Below, one piece after another: positions 8,919 to 17,150 of a stretch of DNA of 45,642 bases. The DNA lies in contig CAZIZX010000001.1 in the NCBI GenBank assembly GCA_964544275.1, positions 1 to 45,642 on the forward strand. Direction: 5' to 3'. Numbering within the stretch: position 1 is the first letter of the stretch; each line of letters begins with the position of its first letter. The stretch is from an uncultured Gammaproteobacteria bacterium. Lineage in GTDB: Bacteria; Patescibacteriota; Microgenomatia; UBA12405. The notes beneath the pieces were generated by a model, which saw nothing but the letters and a program-made list of their open reading frames with translations, was not told where the DNA came from and did not search any database. The position numbers were made by a program, and so were the translations under genes.

Positions 8919-10091
8919 ATGAACTTGTCCACCCAAGAACCTCTAGCCGCCGCCATTCGCCCCAAGAATTTAGATGAATTTATCGGTCAAAGTCATCTGG
9001 TTGGCCCCAACAAACCACTCCGGATCGCCATCAAGAACAAACAGGTTTTTTCCATGATATTCTGGGGTCCACCGGGAGTAGGTAAAACTACTCTGGCCAG
9101 GATAATTGCTAAAGAAGCTGGTGCCGAAATTCATGAGTTGTCGGCTGTTTCGGCCGGCAAAGACGATATTCGAAAAATTATCGGCAATAGTCAAAATTCA
9201 CCCAAGCTCATCAAGACAATTTTGTTTTTGGACGAAATTCATCGTTTCAACAAAGCCCAGCAGGATTTTCTTTTGCCTTATGTCGAGTCCGGTGTTTTGA
9301 TTTTGGTTGGCGCCACCACCGAAAATCCTAGTTTTGAAGTCATCAGCCCCTTACTTTCCCGCTGCCGCGTTTTTATTCTCAACGAACTCAGCAGCAAAGA
9401 AATAGGGGAGATCATCAACCGGGCGGTCAAAAAAATGAATACAACTATTTCCAAAACCGCCAAAGATTGGTTAATTCAGATGGCCAACGGTGATGCCCGC
9501 CAAGCTATCACCATGTTGGATAATGCCCATACTTTATATGATAAATTAACTATCGATAATCTCAAATCTACCCTCCAAAACAAATATCTCCGTTTCGACA
9601 AAAAAGGGGAAGAGCACTATAACACCATCTCTGCCTTCATCAAATCTATGCGCGCCAGTAATCCCGACGCCGCCCTTTATTATCTGGCCCGCATGGTCGA
9701 AGCCGGCGAAGACCCCAAGTTCATCGCCAGAAGAATGGTCATATTTGCCTCTGAGGATATTGGTGTTGCTAATTCCTCCGCTCTAATGCTGTCCAATCAG
9801 GTTTTTCGTGCTGTTGAAACTATCGGTTATCCCGAATGTGCTATTAATTTAGCCCACGGAGTGGTCTACCTGGCCACCTCACCCAAAAACCGCTCTGCCT
9901 ACGACGGCCTCCGCTCCGCCCAAGCCGATGTTCAAACTCATGGCAATCTCCCGATCCCTCTGGAACTTCGAAATGCTCCCACTGATCTGATGAAGGAAAT
10001 CGGTTATGGTAAAGGTTATGACATGTACCCCGACAAAACTAAATCCCTCCTGCCCGATAAGTTAAAAGGTAAAAAATATTTCAAAAAATGA
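8919..10091 (+). CDS. rarA: replication-associated recombination protein A (MgsA/RarA AAA+ ATPase)
   Basis: PLAAAIRPKNL, WGPPGVGKTT, FLDEIHRFNKAQQD, GATTENPSF, ISAFIKSMRAS. Confidence 0.97.
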   Translation: MNLSTQEPLAAAIRPKNLDEFIGQSHLVGPNKPLRIAIKNKQVFSMIFWGPPGVGKTTLARIIAKEAGAEIHELSAVSAGKDDIRKIIGNSQNSPKLIKTILFLDEIHRFNKAQQDFLLPYVESGVLILVGATTENPSFEVISPLLSRCRVFILNELSSKEIGEIINRAVKKMNTTISKTAKDWLIQMANGDARQAITMLDNAHTLYDKLTIDNLKSTLQNKYLRFDKKGEEHYNTISAFIKSMRASNPDAALYYLARMVEAGEDPKFIARRMVIFASEDIGVANSSALMLSNQVFRAVETIGYPECAINLAHGVVYLATSPKNRSAYDGLRSAQADVQTHGNLPIPLELRNAPTDLMKEIGYGKGYDMYPDKTKSLLPDKLKGKKYFKK

Positions 10092-10807
10092 TCACCAATC
10101 CTCACCACCTTTTTCTCCTAAAAATTTTTCAAGACAACCAAAATATTCAACCCAACAATGATTGGGTTAGAAAATATTTAGGGACCACTAAAAAATTCTA
10201 CGGTCTCAAAACTGATGTTAAAGGCAAAAAAGTCAAAACTTATTTAAAATCTCAAAATCTAAACACCAGCGATGTTGAAAATTTACTACTCTCGCTCAGT
10301 TGGGGAACTTCTTTCGAAGAATTATCCAGTATTGGTATTGTTCTTGACCTTTATCCTGCCTATCGCCAGAAATTAAAACTCGAAATTTTAGACAAACTTC
10401 TCAATCGGGTCGAGGGCTGGGCTGAAACCGACGTCATCTGTCAATCGTGTTTTACTTCCGATGACATTCTAATGCGCTGGTCTAAATGGGAAAAATTACT
10501 CAAAAAATTTGTCACTGATCCCAACATCCACAAACGCCGTGCCAGTCTCGTTCTTCTTACTAAGCCCCTCAGCCAATCCGACGATCCTCGTCTTTCCCGC
10601 CTAGCCTTTGCCCACACTGAAAAACTAAAACACGAAAAGGACATCCTCATCACCAAAGCTGTTTCTTGGATTTTACGAAGTTTGATTAAATTTCACGCAC
10701 TCGAAGTTGAGGATTATTTAAATCAAAACCTTGAAACCCTCCCTAAAATTGCTATCAGAGAAACCAGAAACAAACTTACCACTGGAGTCAAAAACCGAAA
10801 AGCATAA
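10088..10807 (+). CDS. DNA alkylation repair protein (AlkD-like HEAT repeat)
   Basis: WAETDVIC, KRRASLV, EKDILITKAVSWILR, KIAIRETRNKL. Confidence 0.85.
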   Translation: MITNPHHLFLLKIFQDNQNIQPNNDWVRKYLGTTKKFYGLKTDVKGKKVKTYLKSQNLNTSDVENLLLSLSWGTSFEELSSIGIVLDLYPAYRQKLKLEILDKLLNRVEGWAETDVICQSCFTSDDILMRWSKWEKLLKKFVTDPNIHKRRASLVLLTKPLSQSDDPRLSRLAFAHTEKLKHEKDILITKAVSWILRSLIKFHALEVEDYLNQNLETLPKIAIRETRNKLTTGVKNRKA

Positions 10808-10808
10808 G

Positions 10809-11048
10809 TCACCTTCTATCCCTTCTCCAGACCGCCGTTACCACGTAATCAAAGCTCACCTTGGTTGCATCAGCAAAAAATAATCCTATCTCATATCCAT
10901 TATATTTCCTAACAGCCATCTTGCTGCCGTCATTAGTTTTTCCGTGTTCGCCTCGATTAAACACATCGTAAACATCTGCTTCGGAAATTCCGATCTTAAC
11001 CATTTTGTCCAATGTCTTCGGTGGAAAAAATAAAGAAATCATAATCAT
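10809..11048 (-). CDS. small DUF4258-like (RelE/BrnT-superfamily-like) protein
   Basis: KMVKIGISEADVYDVFNRG ... YVVTAVW resembles the RM..RGIS..DV..V...G...VITV pattern. Confidence 0.5.
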   Translation of the reverse strand: MIMISLFFPPKTLDKMVKIGISEADVYDVFNRGEHGKTNDGSKMAVRKYNGYEIGLFFADATKVSFDYVVTAVWRRDRR

Positions 11049-11155
11049 TTATATCAAAATTACCAGTCTTTTAGCTATATAATTAAATTATAAATATTAT
11101 TGTTAAGCAACTTCTCCAAAAGAAAAATTTACGCCTTTTAATCGGACTACTTCTC

Positions 11156-11620
11156 TTGCTGTTAATCCCGATAACCACCGACAATATTCCACAAGAAAGC
11201 CATTCCTCTCTAGTTGACGTCGTCAGGGTTGTTGACGGAGACACTCTTCAGGTAAATATCGAAGGTGAGCTGGTGACCGTTAGACTAATCGGGGTCGACA
11301 CACCCGAAATCGTTGATCCTCGTCGACCAGTTCAATGTTTTGGGCAGGAAGCCTCAAATAAAGCCAAAGAATTACTGGAAAACTCAAAAATAAAACTTGA
11401 ACCGGATGAAACCCAAGGAGACACGGATCGTTACCAGCGTTTATTGCGCTATGTGTTTCTGGAAGACGGCACCCACTTTAACAAATTAATGATTGAGCAG
11501 GGTTTTGCTCACGAATATACTTACAATGTTCCTTATCGACATCGGGATGAATTTGTCGAAGCCGAAAATTACGCCAAAACTAATAAACTTGGACTCTGGG
11601 CCGATAATGTTTGCAACTAA
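11156..11620 (+). CDS. thermonuclease (SNase/YncB family), probably secreted or membrane-anchored; true start probably upstream
   Basis: VVRVVDGDTL, VRLIGVDTPE, DRYQRLLRYV, MIEQGFA, AKTNKLGLW. Confidence 0.93.
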   Translation: MLLIPITTDNIPQESHSSLVDVVRVVDGDTLQVNIEGELVTVRLIGVDTPEIVDPRRPVQCFGQEASNKAKELLENSKIKLEPDETQGDTDRYQRLLRYVFLEDGTHFNKLMIEQGFAHEYTYNVPYRHRDEFVEAENYAKTNKLGLWADNVCN

Positions 11621-13414
11621 TTACTCTTCTTCAACCAGTTCAATATCTTTTTTAGTCAACAATCCGCCTTCGTCTGCTTCCAATTTACCTTTAGCTTGAA
11701 GATTCCACAATAGTCTATACAGTCCGCCCTTTTGTCTTATCAATTGTGAGTGAGTTCCGACCTCAGCCACACTGCCGCCATCCATCACCACAATCTTGTC
11801 AGCTTTCCTGATAGTCGAAAATCTATGAGCAATAATTATCATGGTTCTGTCCTTGGCTGTTTTCCACAATGCCTCTTGAACAGATTTCTCCGATTCCGAA
11901 TCTAAATTTGACGTTGCCTCATCAAACACGATTACCTTCGGGTTGACGATCAAAGCTCTGGCAATTGCCAATCTTTGTTTTTGCCCGCCTGATAACTTAA
12001 TACCCCGTTCTCCCACCTGAGTTTCATAGGTGTCAGGCAATTGAGCGATAAATTCGTGTAAATTTGCCATTTCAGCCGCTCCTTCGATTTCTTTTTGGGT
12101 CACATCTTTCTTGCCGTAACCGATATTAAAACCGATAGTGTTGTTAAACAACACTGGTTCCTGTGGCACCACGGCAATAAAAGAACGCAAGTGGCTTTTT
12201 GATAACTCCCGAATGTCAGTTCCATCCAAAAGAATCTGTCCACCCTTTAAATCGTAAAAACGTAGTAGTAGTTTAACAATGGTTGTTTTTCCAGCCCCAG
12301 ATTTACCCACAAAAGCCACCGATTGCCCCGGTTTAATTTCCAAGTCCACCCCATTCAACACTCGAGCCTCATTATCCGGATAGCTGAAGCTGACATTTCT
12401 AAATTCAATCTTACCTTCAATTTTTTTAAATTTCCTCGGTCTGATCGGGTCTTTAACAATTATTTCATTATCCAAAAGTTCAAAATATTTCTCTAAATCG
12501 ATAAAATTTTTGGCAATTCCCCTGAAACGATACATCAATTCAAAGAATCGATAATAAAACCCGGTAATAAAACCTGTCACCATCACAAAATCGCCAGCTG
12601 TAATTTCCTGGTTTGACAACTGTCTTATTGTCACCCACAAAATCGCCAACATTCCCAGTCCTGACAATGTTCCAATTGTCACATCCATCACCCTAAAGCT
12701 ATTACTGAATCCCCAGATTTTTCTGGTCCATTCCACAAAATTTGCTTTCAGTCTTTTTTCCTCTTCTCTTTCTTGAGCAAAAAATTTCACCGTTTCGTAG
12801 TTGATCAAATTATCAGTAATTACCCCGGATATCATGTCTTCTGCGTCATTAAACTCCTTTCTCCACTTCATGTTAAGTTTAATTAAAATCAAACTCACAC
12901 TAATGTTTATTGCAAACAAGCCCAACATGATCCACACGATCGTCCAGTTAACTCCTGAAAAAAATGACAGAACCACTATCAGACTGACAATTGCACTCAA
13001 AATATTCTCATGAATTCTTTCGTACAAATCAAAAAAAGCCTGATCACCCCGCTTGAAAGCGCTGATTAATGATCCGGTATTTTTGTTGACATGGAAAGCA
13101 AAATCAAGATCTTGTATATACCTAAAAATCTTCACCCGAACATCACGTGCTGCCGGAATTATCACCCTGTCTCCCAAGTATGCCGACAGTGACCGAAGCC
13201 AATTTGTCAAAATTCTGGATCCAACAAATACAAAAAGGATTTTTATCAGCAATTCATATTCCCGTCCCTGCGTGATATTATCGACTAGTAACTTGAAAAA
13301 ATATGGATTCAAGTTTTCCAGGACAGTCGACAACACCAAGGCTGTCAAAAAAAGTATAAAACTCTTTTTGTATACCAACAAAAACTGATAAAACCTTCTT
13401 AATATTTTGCCCAT
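11621..13414 (-). CDS. ABC half-transporter, ATM1/HMT-like exporter (TMD+NBD)
   Basis: LINYETVKFF (Atm1-like), GKSGAGKTT, LSGGQKQR, VFDEATSNLD, IAHR. Confidence 0.9.
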   Translation of the reverse strand: MGKILRRFYQFLLVYKKSFILFLTALVLSTVLENLNPYFFKLLVDNITQGREYELLIKILFVFVGSRILTNWLRSLSAYLGDRVIIPAARDVRVKIFRYIQDLDFAFHVNKNTGSLISAFKRGDQAFFDLYERIHENILSAIVSLIVVLSFFSGVNWTIVWIMLGLFAINISVSLILIKLNMKWRKEFNDAEDMISGVITDNLINYETVKFFAQEREEEKRLKANFVEWTRKIWGFSNSFRVMDVTIGTLSGLGMLAILWVTIRQLSNQEITAGDFVMVTGFITGFYYRFFELMYRFRGIAKNFIDLEKYFELLDNEIIVKDPIRPRKFKKIEGKIEFRNVSFSYPDNEARVLNGVDLEIKPGQSVAFVGKSGAGKTTIVKLLLRFYDLKGGQILLDGTDIRELSKSHLRSFIAVVPQEPVLFNNTIGFNIGYGKKDVTQKEIEGAAEMANLHEFIAQLPDTYETQVGERGIKLSGGQKQRLAIARALIVNPKVIVFDEATSNLDSESEKSVQEALWKTAKDRTMIIIAHRFSTIRKADKIVVMDGGSVAEVGTHSQLIRQKGGLYRLLWNLQAKGKLEADEGGLLTKKDIELVEEE

Positions 13415-13496
13415 AAATACCCTTGCAATTTAGAAAAGCGGTATCCAAATTATAGACCTCAAAAATAATTATTCAATAAGTAAATCAAAACAATTT

Positions 13497-13841
13497 ATGA
13501 ACAATAGGGGAGTATTTGATTTAATCAGAAATATCGTCCGCCAAATCCCACCAGGAAAGGTGTCTACGTATGGCAATGTCGCTCAGGCAGCCGGAATTGG
13601 AAATGCCCAGGTTGTTGGCTGGGCCCTGCGAGGCAACCAGAATAAAGACATCCCTTGTCACCGGGTTATTCAAAAAGGCGGCACCCTATCTTCCGGCTTT
13701 TCACTTAATGGTCCCAAGGAACAAAAAAAGCGTTTACTTAATGATGGCGTACCGTTTTTAGACGAGACCAGAGTTGACATGGATCAGGCTTTTTTCGACT
13801 TAGCCACTTTGCCCCAATTTTCTCCTGGCTCTGTTAATTAA
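13497..13841 (+). CDS. O6-methylguanine-DNA methyltransferase family protein (single domain, PCHRV)
   Basis: IPPGKVSTYGNVA, AQVVGWAL, IPCHRVI. Confidence 0.92.
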   Translation: MNNRGVFDLIRNIVRQIPPGKVSTYGNVAQAAGIGNAQVVGWALRGNQNKDIPCHRVIQKGGTLSSGFSLNGPKEQKKRLLNDGVPFLDETRVDMDQAFFDLATLPQFSPGSVN

Positions 13842-16307
13842 AAATAGTAAAGCTAGTAATCCGGGAAGTAGGTATAAATAATTTCTATCTCTTATATTCA
13901 TTGCCGGACTTGTATCTCCAAGAACCCCTTCCAAGTTTTCTTCATTTATTGCCGCCGACACTACTCCCGGCCCTAACAAATTGCCCGCCAAGCCTCTAAA
14001 TAACACCACAAACTCCGTGATTGCATTATCACTGCTCATTTCGTCTCCCTCATCTGTTTTGCCAATAACCCGGCTTTTGGAAAAATAATTAGTCGATTTT
14101 TGAATAGACACCCCCATTTCTATCCCGAAACTGACCGTCCCACTCTTCCTGGCTTTAATTTTTCCGATTCGTACCTCATCTGCTACCCACAAATTACCTT
14201 TCTCGTCAAATATTTCGTGTACTAAAACCGCCTCCGACAAATCACCGTCGCCAACATTTTCGATTACTATTTCAAATGTTACGGTATCATTGGGGAACAC
14301 ATAGCCATTAACATTGTTTTTGGCTGTTATCTTAATTTCCGGTTTATTATGATTCTTTTCACCATCCTCACTCCCACTATCCCCACCGACATTACCCGAA
14401 TTGTCAAAAAGCTTATAAATAATTATTTTTGTCTGAGTCGAGCTGCTATTGTTGAGTAAATTCGATTCAATCTGATTTGTATTGACACTGGCTCTCATTA
14501 TTGATTCAATTTCTTCGTAATCCTCTGCCGCCCAGGCCGTTTTGACCAATTTCCAGCCCGAAACCGTAGCCGTCGGCTTATTTTTTAATGCTCTCAATTT
14601 TATCTGGAACGATCCTCCTTTTCTGGCTCCGATATGGCCAATGTTCCACCTAACTTTATTTCCATCAATTCCACTTCCAATTCCACTATTGTCACCCAGG
14701 TATTCCACGCTGTCATCCAAGTTTACTTCTACCGTAGCATCAAACACATCTTCATAACCCTCATTCTTTACCACCAAAGTATAAAAAAACTCTTCGCCCA
14801 CCTCAACACTATCTTTTTCTTGCAAGACATCAATACTTAAATCTGGATAGGCAAAAATGGCATTGCCGTTCCAATTACCGACAATATTTATAATTCCATA
14901 AAACCAATTACTGCCCCAAAAATTTGTATTGACAATGTTTAATAAATTAACCAAAGCTATCGCATTTCCGGTAATAATCCCAGCCGAACCTGAGTTGTTA
15001 TTTATGTTATTATTTCCACTATCGGCTTGAGCTACAATATTATTGTTTACTACCGCATTATTTTCCAGGTCAACCACAGCAAAGAAATTTGGCCCGCTTC
15101 CGCCTACCCCTCCTCCGATTGAAAACGTGGTTACGCTACCACCTGTTTCCACCGATCCCGGTTCACTCCAATTATAAATATTGCCATTCCAGGCACCCAA
15201 AGTGTTGATGGTTAGCAAAAACAAATCACTCGAACCATTTATATTTATCCAATTATTGTTGTTTGATGATGAAACGGCGTCTCCACTTGTTAGATTAGAT
15301 TCTCCGCCTCCCAAAATATTGTTAAAACCGCTATTTGATTGAGCTTGGATCGAATTATTCACCAAAGCCCCATTCTCATTAAATACTAACCCGCCAACCT
15401 GTGAGTTATTTCCATTCTGAAACATAGTTGGTGAAGGCAAAATTATGTCTCCCAAAGTCGAACCGTCAACATTGATAACCGTTATCAAAAAATTACTGCC
15501 GATTAAGGTGGTGTTGACCAGGTTGATCACGTTGGCCAAGGCTATCGCGTTACCGCTGACAATCAATACGTCTCCGACGTTTTCATCAACTGAGTTATTT
15601 CCGCTGTTTGCAATTACCGTAGCATTGTTATTGACCTCAGCTTCATTTTTTTGACTAATCACAATAAAATTCGAATACTCTGTTGGGTTATATGCTACTT
15701 CAACTCCACTTGAATCCCCGCTTAACACTTCACCCCAAATATCTTTCAAATTAATATCAGCCACGTCTCCGCTGAAATTATTGAGTAAAAATATTTTTAA
15801 ATTACTATTGACTAGATTGGAATTTATCAAATTGACCAAATTAGCATAAGATACAGCCTCACCGGTATCAATTACTGCTTTACTGCCACTATCGGCCTGA
15901 TCAATTTGATTGTTTCCAGTTACTGACTCCGAATAACTATCATTATTTATGGTAGCTTCGTTTGTCGGTTCCTCTTCGCTCTCAGTTTCTTCACCACCTT
16001 TTTCTTGTAATTGTTCCACAGTTCCTAACTTTTCCAACGTATTGTCTTCAACCGCAACTCCTTCTAAAACGTTCTCCTCAGCAGGTTCTTTATCGATAAT
16101 TTCGTCTTCGGTTATAACTAGTTCTTCTTGTTCCAATTCTTCAAGTTCAGGCTCAACTTCAGAAGATATTTCTTCGTCTACTACGGCTGTCTCCATCGGT
16201 TCCGCTTCAGCCTCTTGGGCATACACCAAAGCCACCATCGGTTGATTAATCAACAGGCTGATTAATGTAATTCCAATAATAATATTTTTGCTAACTGTGT
16301 TTTTCAT
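13800..16307 (-). CDS. large secreted Asn/Gly-repeat surface protein with two DUF11-like Ig domains and a C-terminal TM anchor
   Basis: Signal peptide (..VYAQE); acidic linker; four N.A.(V/I).N...(A/S).(S/T)G.N...I.(T/S)G.A....N..N repeats; YPDLSI..VEVGEEFFYTLVVKNEG (DUF11-like); VLGD + TM + RARRK. Confidence 0.75.
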   Translation of the reverse strand: MKNTVSKNIIIGITLISLLINQPMVALVYAQEAEAEPMETAVVDEEISSEVEPELEELEQEELVITEDEIIDKEPAEENVLEGVAVEDNTLEKLGTVEQLQEKGGEETESEEEPTNEATINNDSYSESVTGNNQIDQADSGSKAVIDTGEAVSYANLVNLINSNLVNSNLKIFLLNNFSGDVADINLKDIWGEVLSGDSSGVEVAYNPTEYSNFIVISQKNEAEVNNNATVIANSGNNSVDENVGDVLIVSGNAIALANVINLVNTTLIGSNFLITVINVDGSTLGDIILPSPTMFQNGNNSQVGGLVFNENGALVNNSIQAQSNSGFNNILGGGESNLTSGDAVSSSNNNNWININGSSDLFLLTINTLGAWNGNIYNWSEPGSVETGGSVTTFSIGGGVGGSGPNFFAVVDLENNAVVNNNIVAQADSGNNNINNNSGSAGIITGNAIALVNLLNIVNTNFWGSNWFYGIINIVGNWNGNAIFAYPDLSIDVLQEKDSVEVGEEFFYTLVVKNEGYEDVFDATVEVNLDDSVEYLGDNSGIGSGIDGNKVRWNIGHIGARKGGSFQIKLRALKNKPTATVSGWKLVKTAWAAEDYEEIESIMRASVNTNQIESNLLNNSSSTQTKIIIYKLFDNSGNVGGDSGSEDGEKNHNKPEIKITAKNNVNGYVFPNDTVTFEIVIENVGDGDLSEAVLVHEIFDEKGNLWVADEVRIGKIKARKSGTVSFGIEMGVSIQKSTNYFSKSRVIGKTDEGDEMSSDNAITEFVVLFRGLAGNLLGPGVVSAAINEENLEGVLGDTSPAMNIRDRNYLYLLPGLLALLFLINRARRKLGQSG

Positions 16308-16321
16308 TTTCTTTGCGGCCC

Positions 16322-16341
16322 GCCCGTTTTGACGAACGGGC
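16322..16341. promoter_or_regulatory. GC-rich intergenic stem-loop between the two repeat-protein genes
   Basis: gcccgtt-ttgacg-aacgggc; no U-tract on the coding (-) strand. Confidence 0.5.
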
Positions 16342-16365
16342 CATTTGGTTTATTCGAATATTCTT

Positions 16366-16956
16366 TTAATCAAATAAACCTCCGAAACCGTTAACTCTCA
16401 GGTTAGTCATCACCCGTAGAGTACTTTTGGCTTCAGCATCTCCAGTCGAGATTTCTCTGTCTCCCCAAACTGAAGCATTGGCTTTCGACAAAAGAGAGCC
16501 CTTAACTTCAGCCTCTTCCTTTTGTTTATTGTCGCCCGTGTTGGCCGCTCCCAGCACCATATTATCAACATACGCTTGATTCTTTGTCTTGGATGAATTG
16601 TTGGAAAGACCGCAAGAACGGTTATTCTTTGCTTCAGGACAACTACAATCCTCAGCGTTGGCTATCACTGTTATATAAGAGGTAGCGGTTGCATTACCAG
16701 TTTCTATGGTTTTGTCTTCACCTCCAGCATTAGCCTCGGAACTAATGGACTTTTCCACCTTGGCTTGGCTAATCTGGGAATTAGACCCGGTATTAGCCAC
16801 AAGTTCCACCGTATTAATAACAGTGGCTTGGTTGTAAGTAGAAGTAGAAGCAGAATTAGAAGGTCGCCTATTCGACGAACGACTAGACGCCAACGCTGGA
16901 CCAACAGCATTTAATAACATGGCCACCGCAAAAACCGCAACTAATAATTTCTTCAT
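16366..16956 (-). CDS. small secreted two-repeat Asn/Gly protein with Cys-containing linker (196 aa from ATG 16956)
   Basis: SD GAGGAGGTGA upstream of ATG 16956; signal peptide ending PALA; two NQA.V.N.V...ANTG.N.Q...I.TG.A.A.S......N repeats separated by DCSCPEAKNNRSC. Confidence 0.8.
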   Translation of the reverse strand: MKKLLVAVFAVAMLLNAVGPALASSRSSNRRPSNSASTSTYNQATVINTVELVANTGSNSQISQAKVEKSISSEANAGGEDKTIETGNATATSYITVIANAEDCSCPEAKNNRSCGLSNNSSKTKNQAYVDNMVLGAANTGDNKQKEEAEVKGSLLSKANASVWGDREISTGDAEAKSTLRVMTNLRVNGFGGLFD

Positions 16957-17076
16957 AAAAATTCTCACCTCCTCAAGTAAATATTAATTAATAACCAAAA
17001 TGATGGGAGTTTGATTCACTGTTAAGTATTCAATAAAATCATTATCAAACCAAGATGTAACAAAAAATTCAAAAAT

Positions 17077-17098
17077 CAGTAATAAAACAGTAATAACA
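17077..17098. promoter_or_regulatory. 11-bp-period direct repeat resembling an OmpR/PhoB (Pho-box-like) site
   Basis: cagtaataaaa-cagtaataaca, in the divergent promoter region. Confidence 0.35.
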
Positions 17099-17150
17099 AA
17101 TACTTAAAATCTATCAGGATATATTTATGGGTTGCTGATAAAATAGAACG

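Noticed and set aside
8634-8936. 100-aa - strand ORF in the track
   Set aside because: The alternative frame (8696-8839) gives a recognisable DUF3096-like protein, and this ORF overlaps both neighbours.
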